Of a DNA stretch of 60,381 nucleotides, positions 26,223 through 34,333 are shown in pieces. Below the pieces are notes generated by a model. The model was not told the DNA's origin and searched no databases. It was given only the letters and a program-made list of their open reading frames with translations. Location of the stretch: IMG/VR virus record IMGVR_UViG_3300015256_000001, positions 1 to 60,381 of that record; one strand, 5' to 3'. Numbering within the stretch: the stretch's first letter is position 1; each line of letters begins with the position of its first letter. A program made the translations under genes and the position numbers. The stretch is from a virus (Duplodnaviria; Caudoviricetes).

Positions 26223-26366
26223 ATGACGATCGTACATCGCTATACGCAGGCCGTGCTGTGGACAGGCGAAGGGGCCGACCTGCGCGGGGCCGACCTGATC
26301 GGGGCCGACCTGCGCGGGGCCGCCGCCGAGTGGATTGCCGAATGGATGAAGGAGCAGACCAAATGA
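26223..26366 (+). CDS. Miniature pentapeptide-repeat protein (47 aa, not in track)
   Basis: MTIVHRYTQAVLWTGE-GADLR-GADLI-GADLR-GAAA..; GGAG upstream; ATGA overlap downstream. Confidence 0.7.
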   Translation: MTIVHRYTQAVLWTGEGADLRGADLIGADLRGAAAEWIAEWMKEQTK

Positions 26367-26575
26367 CCAAGCAGAAGCTATCGTCGGTCATCTTGGAGAC
26401 GCGCTCGACTGGTATCAACTTCGCGACTTCTGGCGTGGTGCGCCGAGCGACAGACCGGCGCGTCATCCATGTGACTATCCCATACCCTTACGGATTCAGC
26501 GCCGCCGCACTCACCGCAGCCGAAGCATGGGCCAAGGCCAACGGGTACGGCATCCTGACAGGAGAATCACAGTGA
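26363..26575 (+). CDS. Hypothetical protein
   Basis: MTKQKLSSVIL..; AAGGAG upstream. Confidence 0.6.
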   Translation: MTKQKLSSVILETRSTGINFATSGVVRRATDRRVIHVTIPYPYGFSAAALTAAEAWAKANGYGILTGESQ

Positions 26576-26805
26576 TAACGAAGATCAACGGCAAGGACGT
26601 GGCGCGATTCGAGGCCGACATGGACCAGATCGCGCGAAACTTCGCCGCCGAGGCTCGCGCCATCCTCGCCGGCACTTCACGTCTGTTGCCGTGTCTAGGC
26701 CACCTGGCAGCCCTTCAGCGGATCATCGCCGCTCAGGATGCCACGATTGCCCAACTGCAGATGATGCTCAAGAGTGAATATCAACCGAAAATTCGGCCAC
26801 AGTGA
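26572..26805 (+). CDS. Hypothetical protein
   Basis: GTG start after AGGAG; GTGA overlap. Confidence 0.55.
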   Translation: MITKINGKDVARFEADMDQIARNFAAEARAILAGTSRLLPCLGHLAALQRIIAAQDATIAQLQMMLKSEYQPKIRPQ

Positions 26806-26864
26806 CCCGAATATGACGTCACAACCGCCACAACTGCAGATGAGCCGAACAGTGACCGTCACAG

Positions 26865-26896
26865 ATCGGGCTGAGGGACACCAACCTCAGCCCGAT
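26865..26896. terminator. Hairpin at convergent gene junction
   Basis: 12-bp stem ATCGGGCTGAGG/CCTCAGCCCGAT. Confidence 0.65.
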
Positions 26897-26917
26897 TCCT
26901 TCCTACCGATTCCTTCC

Positions 26918-27610
26918 TTACCGCATCGTCCTGTGTAGGCGCCGCGCGCCAAGCGCCAAACCCAGACCTACCATCGCGAGTGTTGCCGGCTCAGGCACCT
27001 CGCGGGTATCCCGCTCCAAGTAGGAGCCCGAATACAACACGCCAAACGGATTGCTACCCGTATCGGCTCCGCCGCCCACCTGATACGCCACCATGCGAAT
27101 AGTGTCGGTCCCACCCGTGGCCAGCGCGTTGAGGTCCCAGTACTCGCCGGGTTCGCAGCCAATGGCGACCGCCGAGCAGATGTCTTGGCTGAACGATGCC
27201 GCCTGGAACAACGTGCCGTTGAAAAATACGTCGAGTGTATCGTCAGCCCAAAAGCGAACAGTCACCGCGCTCCCGGCCGCACCGACGAACGATTCAACAA
27301 TCTCCATGATCGGCGTCTGCCCGGTGGGATTCCCGGCCGATCCGTTCTGCGGCGCAAGCACGCTGCCCAGGTATCCCGTGTCCATGTACGACACCCACTG
27401 AGCATCCGTCAACGCGTCGTCCATCCACAGCGGGTGGCGGTCGATGACAACGGTTGTCCCGGCGCAGCTTCCCGCCTGCGCGCACACCGCCGCAAACGTG
27501 CTGGTCCAGTTCTCGCCATTGCCGGACACAATCGGCGCGGCCTGTGCCGTCACCGAAACGAAACCCACGAAAGCCGCCACGACGGCGGCGCGGAACGATT
27601 GATACTTCAT
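26918..27610 (-). CDS. PEP-CTERM sorting domain surface protein
   Basis: Signal peptide MKYQSFRAAVVAAFVGFVSVTAQA; ADD..NG and NPFG motifs; C-terminal VPEPATLAMVGLGLALGARR. Confidence 0.9.
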   Translation of the reverse strand: MKYQSFRAAVVAAFVGFVSVTAQAAPIVSGNGENWTSTFAAVCAQAGSCAGTTVVIDRHPLWMDDALTDAQWVSYMDTGYLGSVLAPQNGSAGNPTGQTPIMEIVESFVGAAGSAVTVRFWADDTLDVFFNGTLFQAASFSQDICSAVAIGCEPGEYWDLNALATGGTDTIRMVAYQVGGGADTGSNPFGVLYSGSYLERDTREVPEPATLAMVGLGLALGARRLHRTMR

Positions 27611-27680
27611 TGCCTTTTCCTCCCGATTCACTTTGCCCGTTTATTCGGGCCGTTCATCACCTCGACTCTCCCGCGCTCCC

Positions 27681-28706
27681 CTATGGCGGCCGGCCGTCCC
27701 AACTCTCCCATTCCGCCACGTCTTGCTCGTGCTTCTCTTCTGGTGTTGGCTCTTCTGGTGTTGGCTCTTCTGCCTGCGCCTCCCCATACACCGCCCAGCC
27801 CTCCGCCCTCGTGCTCGCGAACAACTCGAGGTAGGGGCCGTCGTACATCTTCTCGATCATCTTCCGGAACGATTCGGGCTTGGCGGATTCATACTCTTGC
27901 GGCCGCTCCGTCACTACCGAATCCATTTTCGGTGTTGGATGGTCCGGAAGACAGACCCCCCTAGTGCAGATCAGAAGATGCTCATGCCTGAGCGCGACGT
28001 AGTTGTTGAAGCTGGACCTGACCTTGTCCCACACAAACCCGGACTTATGTGTAAACCCCCAGGCTTCGATGACTTCGCGAGGCCCCGGATTCGCGAGGAG
28101 AATCGACGGCCATACCCAGATGAGCAAGACCGCATCAGGGGCGGCGTGGGCGGCGATGGGCATCGCGCACAGGTCGCTGTAGCGTTGACTCCAGGGTGGA
28201 TCGGCATAGATGACCCGGTACTGCCCCTCGAGCCTGGCTTGGCCGGAGATGATGCGGCGCCGCTTCGACGCCCTGATCTCGTTCCGGAGCTCGCGTTGAC
28301 TCCAGCCCTCCGTTTCAGCCTTCTCCAGCCACTCCGCCCGTACCGGTACCGGTACGGAGGCGACCTCTGCGTGGTGGCCGAAGGACACACCGGCCCGCCT
28401 TTGGTCGATGGGGATCTGTGCGACCGTGCGGATGTTCTTCAGGGTGGATTCTTCCAGCCCGGTGGCGTCGGTCGCCTGCGAGAGCTTCTCTGACCAGTCG
28501 GCCCGGTCCTCGCCATACCGGAGCCAGTCCGCTAGCCAGAAGCCAGACCTGGCGTGCGCTCGCTTGATGAAGTCCCCGGCGCCCATGTACTCGCCCCAGG
28601 ATGGCGAGCCGGTAATCTCCAGGCCGCACGGCAGGAGGGTAAAGCAGCCGATCTGGATCGGCTGCTCCACGGGCTGCTTCTTCGCGATGCCCTTCGCCAT
28701 GGTCAC
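27681..28706 (-). CDS. LmbU-like HTH fused to MT-A70 family N6-adenine methyltransferase
   Basis: FWLADWLRYGE..TLKN..SFGHHAEVA..GWSQRELR; YADPPW, WGF, HEHLLIC, SAKPE, YLELFA. Confidence 0.8.
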   Translation of the reverse strand: MTMAKGIAKKQPVEQPIQIGCFTLLPCGLEITGSPSWGEYMGAGDFIKRAHARSGFWLADWLRYGEDRADWSEKLSQATDATGLEESTLKNIRTVAQIPIDQRRAGVSFGHHAEVASVPVPVRAEWLEKAETEGWSQRELRNEIRASKRRRIISGQARLEGQYRVIYADPPWSQRYSDLCAMPIAAHAAPDAVLLIWVWPSILLANPGPREVIEAWGFTHKSGFVWDKVRSSFNNYVALRHEHLLICTRGVCLPDHPTPKMDSVVTERPQEYESAKPESFRKMIEKMYDGPYLELFASTRAEGWAVYGEAQAEEPTPEEPTPEEKHEQDVAEWESWDGRPP

Positions 28707-28930
28707 GCGACCGGATCGGCCACTGAGTCAGGATCGTTGAAGACGACCGCCTTGATCGCCCACATCGCGGTCGTCTCGTTTTGCGTCAGCGCCACTGACT
28801 GATGCCGAGAGGCCGGGCACACCTCGCGAATCAGGCGTTCGCCGTTTGAGAAGTGCTCGCGGAGCCGGTTGATCTTGTCGAGCCCGTCAGGACTCGGCTT
28901 GTGGTAGGCGTATGGCTTGTCGATTGGCAT
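28703..28930 (-). CDS. Acb2/Tad1-like cyclic-nucleotide sponge (putative anti-defence)
   Basis: YAYHKP..CPASRHQSVALTQNETTAMWAIKAV; AAGGAG upstream of ATG 28930. Confidence 0.65.
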   Translation of the reverse strand: MPIDKPYAYHKPSPDGLDKINRLREHFSNGERLIREVCPASRHQSVALTQNETTAMWAIKAVVFNDPDSVADPVA

Positions 28931-28959
28931 GCGCGTTCTCCTTTGAGTGTAAAGTAGGG

Positions 28960-29394
28960 TTACTCGGCGTCCGCTTTCTTGGCGCCCTTGACGAGGCGCA
29001 CGGAGATGGACTCGACGCCAGGCACCAGGGTGAGCCTGATCCCATGTGCGGCGTAGGTCATGCGCCCGTGATCCTTTAGGAGTTGAGCCCCGACCGTCTT
29101 CAGCTGGACTTCCGCCGTCTCGAGTTCGTTTTTCTCGTGCCGGCAGTCGGAGAGGCCGGAGCACACCTGGTCGAGTTCTTCGTTGGTGAAACTCGACATC
29201 TCCGGGAGATCCACATCCGCAGCCCGCTTGCGGCGCTTGGGCTTCTCGGCCGGTGGCGCGGTCGGTTCCTCTGGGAAGGTCATATCGGCCGGGTCGAAAG
29301 ACCATTCCTCTTCGGCTTTGGGCTCAAGGCCAGCCAAGTCACCGAATGGATCGGGTGTCGCGACGGTTTCATCCTTCTTTTTCTTCTTCGCCAT
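28960..29394 (-). CDS. Hypothetical protein
   Basis: MAKKKKK start; coiled-coil C-terminal half. Confidence 0.65.
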   Translation of the reverse strand: MAKKKKKDETVATPDPFGDLAGLEPKAEEEWSFDPADMTFPEEPTAPPAEKPKRRKRAADVDLPEMSSFTNEELDQVCSGLSDCRHEKNELETAEVQLKTVGAQLLKDHGRMTYAAHGIRLTLVPGVESISVRLVKGAKKADAE

Positions 29395-29758
29395 GTGCGC
29401 TCGCTTTCCACGGGCCAACACCACAGATCACGATGCGCGGCAACCTGGCCCGGAAGCCCCACGCAACGACTACCCGCCGAGTGCCGGCCGGGAAGCTGTA
29501 CGACTCGAATTTCCGCCGTGCATCGGGGAAGTTCCCAGTTACCGTCTTCCCGCTTTTGACTTGCACGAACACCACGCCGCGCTCGTTCACCGCTAGGAGG
29601 TCAGACGCAAACTGATCTCGCTTGATGGGGAACCGCTTCGCGCCAGGCTTGCCCACCCATCGAATCACCTCCATGTCGGCCACCTGGAAGCCGCCAGTCT
29701 CCAGCCATTTTCGCGTGCGGGCCTTGGCTCGCGCGCCTCGCGCGGCGTTGCTACTCAT
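29369..29758 (-). CDS. Holliday junction resolvase-like PD-(D/E)XK nuclease
   Basis: RG..AKA..WLE..GF..DQFASDLLAV..VFVQVKS. Confidence 0.75.
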   Translation of the reverse strand: MSSNAARGARAKARTRKWLETGGFQVADMEVIRWVGKPGAKRFPIKRDQFASDLLAVNERGVVFVQVKSGKTVTGNFPDARRKFESYSFPAGTRRVVVAWGFRARLPRIVICGVGPWKASAHGEEEKEG

Positions 29759-30453
29759 GGGTGCCACGCCCGCGCGATGTGCCGCGCCAGCGAATACGGA
29801 ATCTTCGCGATGTGCGCCGATGCGGCCTTGCGGCTGCGGCTGCGGCTGCTATGGGACGACACCTCGCCGTCGAACCATGCCGCCCCGCTGCCGCATTGCT
29901 TCCGTCCGTCAATCTGATCCTGCCCATCTAATCGCCAGTGTGGAGAGACTTGCCCGGTATCTTTGAATCGGTTCCAGTCGTGCCCCGGTCGTTTCCCTAC
30001 TCGTCTCACGATGGGCATCAGCGCCGGCACGTCGCCCCAGAGGTAGAACGATCCATAGTGCCACCGCGCGCGGCCCACCCACTTCTGCGCGCCGCACACG
30101 TTCTCGACCACCAGCGGGATCTTCCGTTGCGCTTCCCATTCCGCCTCTCGCTGGATCCGAAAGCACGCCTCGAATAGCGCGTTGTCCGGTGGCGGCAGCG
30201 CCTTCGCGCGCTTCCACGGCATCGCCCGGTAACTGTATGCCTGACACGGCGGTGAGGCCACGATGAGCGCTGCATCCTTAAACTGAGCACCGTGCAGCGT
30301 CAGCACGTCCTGGAGCACGAGCTCGCCGGGATACTTCGCCTCGCCATATTGGTGCCGTTCGTTGTCGAAGCCGATCACGCGGTACCCCTCGGCGATCAGG
30401 CCCTCGGTCCAGCCGCCAAGCCCACAGTAGAGGTCAATCGCGAGTGGCCTCAT
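29755..30453 (-). CDS. DNA cytosine-C5 methyltransferase (short form)
   Basis: AIDLYCGLGG, ASPPCQ, VENV. Confidence 0.8.
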   Translation of the reverse strand: MRPLAIDLYCGLGGWTEGLIAEGYRVIGFDNERHQYGEAKYPGELVLQDVLTLHGAQFKDAALIVASPPCQAYSYRAMPWKRAKALPPPDNALFEACFRIQREAEWEAQRKIPLVVENVCGAQKWVGRARWHYGSFYLWGDVPALMPIVRRVGKRPGHDWNRFKDTGQVSPHWRLDGQDQIDGRKQCGSGAAWFDGEVSSHSSRSRSRKAASAHIAKIPYSLARHIARAWHP

Positions 30454-31832
30454 GATCCATACCTCCGTGGCCGGCGAGGCGTGGTCACTGGAGTAGGCGC
30501 CGCTTGAGCCTCCTCCTCGCCACCATCCGTGAATGTCTGGGTGTCTCGGTCGAACATGAGTCTCACTGTGCCAGTCGCCCCGTTCCGCTGCTTCGCCACG
30601 ATGAATTGCGTTGGCCCGCTCGCCCGGTGATTCTCGCGGTGGAGGAAGGCTACCACATCTGCGACCTGTTCAATTGACCCGCTGTCCTTGAGATCCGAGA
30701 GCATGGGAGTCCGATCGGTCCTCTTCTCGTAGGCCCTCGACAGCTGCGACAGGATGACCACAGGCACCGACAACTCGTCGGCCATCGCCTGCATCCGCGT
30801 GAGCACGTTGTCTAACTCCTCGTTTCGGTTGGCGCCACGCCGGTCCAGTGACCCGGCCATGAGCTGCACGTAATCGACCACGACCAGCCCGAGCCCGTGC
30901 TCCCGCTTCAGCCGCCGGCAGGCTAAGCGAATCTGCTGCGCCGTCCTCCCGGCCCGGTCGTCGATGTGTAGAGGTAGACTCCGCATGGTTTCCAGGGCCG
31001 TGGTGACCTTCCCGAAGTCGCCGGCAGCTAGGAACCCTCTCCGCACCCGCGTAGCGTCCAGCGCCCCAAGGTGGGCCACTAGCCGATCCGTAATCTGCCC
31101 CGTCCGCATCTCCAGGCTGAACAGCACAGACCTGACGCCAGCCTTCCCCGCTGCTACTAGCGTGTTTAAGGTCCACGCTGTCTTGCCCATGGACGGCCGC
31201 GCAGCTACCACCACGACCTCTCCGGGGAGCCACCCACCCGTGAGGTCGTCTATCGACTGGAAGCCCGTAGGGACGCCCTGGATGGCTCCCTTGTGCCTCA
31301 TACGGTCTTCCATCACCGCGAACATAGCGCTCACCGCCGCCGGCATCCCGATCATGCGGTCGTCTGCCTGGTGACCGGCCAGCGCCATGAACGCCTGATC
31401 AGCCTCCGCCACAATAGCCGCTGCGGTGTCCTCTGCCGCGTAGGCCCTCGACATCACTCGGCTGGACACCTGGACGATCTGCCGGAGTCTTGATGTCTCG
31501 CGCACGAGGTCGGCATAGTGCCGCGCGTTGGTCGAACGCGGGAGCCCGTCAGTCAGCTTCGAGATGTAGCCGGCGTTGAGGCTCTCGTCCACCTCTCCAC
31601 GCCGGCCCAACTCCGAGACGACGGTCAGGAAATCAACCGCGCTCTTGGCCTCGTAGAGCCCGCCTATGGCTGAGTAGATGCGGCGGTGGGCGTCGCGGTA
31701 GAAGTCAGTTGCGGTGAGCACCTCGCCCACCGCATCGTAGGCGTCTGGGTTTAGGAGGAGTGCCCCCAGGACCGCGCGCTCTGCTTCGAGGTTACTCGGC
31801 AGGGTGCGCTCGTCTGGCGCGGCCTTCTTCAC
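30450..31832 (-). CDS. dnaB: Replicative DNA helicase
   Basis: EAERAVLG, AARPSMGKT, FSLEM, VVDYVQLM, LSQLSR, DSGSIEQVAD, AKQRNG. Confidence 0.97.
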   Translation of the reverse strand: MKKAAPDERTLPSNLEAERAVLGALLLNPDAYDAVGEVLTATDFYRDAHRRIYSAIGGLYEAKSAVDFLTVVSELGRRGEVDESLNAGYISKLTDGLPRSTNARHYADLVRETSRLRQIVQVSSRVMSRAYAAEDTAAAIVAEADQAFMALAGHQADDRMIGMPAAVSAMFAVMEDRMRHKGAIQGVPTGFQSIDDLTGGWLPGEVVVVAARPSMGKTAWTLNTLVAAGKAGVRSVLFSLEMRTGQITDRLVAHLGALDATRVRRGFLAAGDFGKVTTALETMRSLPLHIDDRAGRTAQQIRLACRRLKREHGLGLVVVDYVQLMAGSLDRRGANRNEELDNVLTRMQAMADELSVPVVILSQLSRAYEKRTDRTPMLSDLKDSGSIEQVADVVAFLHRENHRASGPTQFIVAKQRNGATGTVRLMFDRDTQTFTDGGEEEAQAAPTPVTTPRRPRRYGS

Positions 31833-32347
31833 GAGCGCACCGGTGACTCAGCCGACCGACGCAACTCCGCAGACCTACGCGCGGTGTGCTCCTCGTCAGA
31901 CCGGCATGGCGGTTCATGAAAGCAATCCATCAGCGCGCTATGCGCCCTCGTCTGGATTGGCTGAGGCTTGGCGTGCTGGTTGATCGACGCCACGAACAGT
32001 CCGAACGAGTGCCGGCCCCTCACAAAGAATGGATCCTTGTTCTGGAGGTAGACACAGATTCGGTCCTTCAACTCAGCCGCATCGAGGCTCTGAAGAAGCC
32101 GCTTCCAATTCCCCCTGTCGCGCGCCTTGACCCACACATACCGCCCCTGTTGGCCAGGCGCATACTCCGCACACCACGCCAAGTCAAAGGCTCCCTCCAA
32201 CTCCTTGAGATGGTCACCGCTGGTCTTCTCTCCCCGAAGGAGCAGCGCGATCTCGTCAGTGATCGCGTCGAGCTTAAATTGCAGATCCCGAAGCACATCT
32301 ACCAGCTTCACGAGCCGAGCCAGTGTCGCCTTCTCCTTGTCAGCCAT
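31829..32347 (-). CDS. Putative helicase loader / replication-initiator C-terminal-like protein
   Basis: Directly upstream of dnaB; D.FF....HSFGLFVASINQ motif; no HTH evident. Confidence 0.5.
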   Translation of the reverse strand: MADKEKATLARLVKLVDVLRDLQFKLDAITDEIALLLRGEKTSGDHLKELEGAFDLAWCAEYAPGQQGRYVWVKARDRGNWKRLLQSLDAAELKDRICVYLQNKDPFFVRGRHSFGLFVASINQHAKPQPIQTRAHSALMDCFHEPPCRSDEEHTARRSAELRRSAESPVRS

Positions 32348-32358
32348 GGTGTCGTCTC

Positions 32359-32604
32359 CTAGTTGTCGGGACCGCACTGGTCATCCCAGAGTTGCTCTAG
32401 CGCGATGTCGAGCGCCTCGACGTCGAACCTTAATTCGTTGGCCCGACCTTGTATCTGTGTCGCTTGAAACCTCGTCTCCGCACCGTAGGTCGTCCCGTCA
32501 GGCTCAGCCCTAAGCCTCCTAGCCGTTGATTGGTAGTCCTCCATCTGGCCACGGAGTAGGTTCCGCATCCCTTCCAGGTGGGCTCTCGCCTCGCTGAGGG
32601 TCAC
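32359..32604 (-). CDS. Coiled-coil hypothetical
   Basis: GTG start overlapping the upstream stop. Confidence 0.55.
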   Translation of the reverse strand: MTLSEARAHLEGMRNLLRGQMEDYQSTARRLRAEPDGTTYGAETRFQATQIQGRANELRFDVEALDIALEQLWDDQCGPDN

Positions 32605-32918
32605 GACTTCGCCTCGAACAACAGGTCTAGCCGCTTCAGGAAGGCCAGCCCCTCGCTGTGCATGAACCCGCTGTCTGGCTCGTTCAGGTCGTAGTGCTTC
32701 CAGGCGGACCACGCCGCCACGATTTGCTCTTTGGTCACGCCGACTGGCGCGGCCGTACCGGTACCGGTATCCGCCAAGGCGATCCCGTGCATGTCGATCA
32801 CCTCGCCGTGCTCCTTGTTGGTGTGGAACGTGTGCTGATACTCCGCCTTCTCGAGGAGCGCCCGGATCTCCGCATAGGCGGATGCGGATACCTCCAGCAC
32901 GGCGTAGGTGTGGCTCAT
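32601..32918 (-). CDS. Phage hypothetical
   Basis: THTYAVLEVS-like N-terminus, IDMHGIAL. Confidence 0.65.
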   Translation of the reverse strand: MSHTYAVLEVSASAYAEIRALLEKAEYQHTFHTNKEHGEVIDMHGIALADTGTGTAAPVGVTKEQIVAAWSAWKHYDLNEPDSGFMHSEGLAFLKRLDLLFEAKS

Positions 32919-33151
32919 TTCTCCCTCTCCCTGGCAAGTAAGCGTGCCACGAATAGCCCGGCGCAGACGAAGGCTTTCTGGGCCTCCGCCAGTGCGGCGG
33001 CGAGTGTCGTTTCAGTGGCCACGCAGAGGCCATCGAAGTCACCCGCCTCCGTGTTTAACCACACACACCAGTAGCCATCGGCTAGGTAGACGTGTAGCCG
33101 GCACCCCGTGAGTGGAATCGGCTCTGATGGGTAGTCCTCTGGGCCACTCAT
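32915..33151 (-). CDS. HicB-N-like paralogue
   Basis: YWCVWLNTE..DGLCVA..AALAEA. Confidence 0.6.
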   Translation of the reverse strand: MSGPEDYPSEPIPLTGCRLHVYLADGYWCVWLNTEAGDFDGLCVATETTLAAALAEAQKAFVCAGLFVARLLAREREK

Positions 33152-33390
33152 GGCTTCACCAGCTTAGGCTTGAGTTCCAGCCGAAGCGCCTTCACTGGAG
33201 CCTGAAGATGCTTGATGGCGATCCTTATCGCTTCGTCTCTGGTGGATTCGTGATGCGCCAAGCAGATGCCGCTGTCCACTTCGTCCGGGTCGAGCCAGAC
33301 GTGCCAGAGCCGGTCTTCGTCCTGGTGGATGGTGAGCCAGTCGCTTGAGTTTAATTCGACCCTCTCCATGGCCCGGTAGTTCACCGTCAT
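33148..33390 (-). CDS. HicB-N-like paralogue
   Basis: LWHVWLDP..SGICLA..TRDEAI. Confidence 0.65.
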   Translation of the reverse strand: MTVNYRAMERVELNSSDWLTIHQDEDRLWHVWLDPDEVDSGICLAHHESTRDEAIRIAIKHLQAPVKALRLELKPKLVKP

Positions 33391-33608
33391 GGCTTCACCA
33401 CCTTGGCGCGCAACTCCTTCGCGGTCAACTGGAGTGTCGCAGCGGCCGACTCAATCGCTCTTCGACGGCTTCGGCAGCGCCGCGCGAGACAGATGCCGTC
33501 CTCGTCCTGGTTTGGGTCCAACCACACGCTCCACAAGCCACCCTTTTGCACTACCGCGAGCCATGTTCCATTGCTCAGCTTCTCCCGTTCAGGCATCTGA
33601 TCAGCCAT
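33387..33608 (-). CDS. HicB-N-like paralogue
   Basis: LWSVWLDP..DGICLA..SRRRAI. Confidence 0.65.
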   Translation of the reverse strand: MADQMPEREKLSNGTWLAVVQKGGLWSVWLDPNQDEDGICLARRCRSRRRAIESAAATLQLTAKELRAKVVKP

Positions 33609-33609
33609 C

Positions 33610-34138
33610 CCAGTCCCCCCTCCTTCTTTCTAAGTACCACTAGTCTCCCGATCCTCAGTTCCCATCCTAACAGCTGGTAGTTGGGGCCACGGGGCAGAGG
33701 CCCCCCAACCCAGTTAAGGGTAGGAGTGCCGGCCCCGTGACGGTTCGTTCAGCCGTATAGCCGTACGCCGTTCGCGGCCCCCATCTGGCGTGACGACACC
33801 GATGGAGATGGACACATTTCCTCACCCGTCGCACGGATGCCCCTGCCGGCTGTGCCCTGCGGCCCACCGCGCCCACTGTGCAGCTCCCGGTAGTGGGCTT
33901 GCGCCTCGACACAAGACCCCGAGCGGTCTACCCTCTCGGCCTTGTGGGACATCTTTGGACTGGATTGGAAGGGGGGAACTGAGGTAGGATCAACCTCAGA
34001 CGCCCTCCGTGTTGCAGCCACGGATGCCGTTCGGCCGGTGGGAGGCTTTGTGGATCTCCCCCCGGCCGTTGTTCTTTGTAGCCGATCCGTCACGGTTTTG
34101 TCAACTCACTCGAGAACAAGGGTGGCCGCGCCGCCAAA
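33610..34138. other. Structured non-coding region (candidate origin or ncRNA)
   Basis: Largest gap in gene packing; at least 7 stems plus an 11-bp long-range pair 33653-33663/33974-33984. Confidence 0.5.
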
Positions 34139-34333
34139 TCAGACATCAAGGCTCCAGTCGCCATGGTCTCTGACGATCATGCGGTCAGATAATGGGCACG
34201 GCTCCTTTCCGGCGGCCGTGCCCCGCTTGTGCTTCACGAGTCGTAGGCCGCTACCGTCGCCGCGGTGCGGGACGTACGCGGAGATTTTACGATGACAGCC
34301 TGGGCAGATGACGCGCTCGTAATACCGTCTCAT
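34139..34333 (-). CDS. Small Zn-binding protein
   Basis: CPGC..H..CPLS; ATGA overlap. Confidence 0.6.
   Translation of the reverse strand: MRRYYERVICPGCHRKISAYVPHRGDGSGLRLVKHKRGTAAGKEPCPLSDRMIVRDHGDWSLDV

Noticed and set aside
26271-26315. CRISPR-like or iteron repeat
   Set aside because: 15-bp units without spacers that encode pentapeptide repeats
12835-33784. MGAANGV appearing in two ORF translations (12855 and about 33784)
   Set aside because: Both lie in probable non-coding frames and the DNA similarity is weak; treated as coincidence
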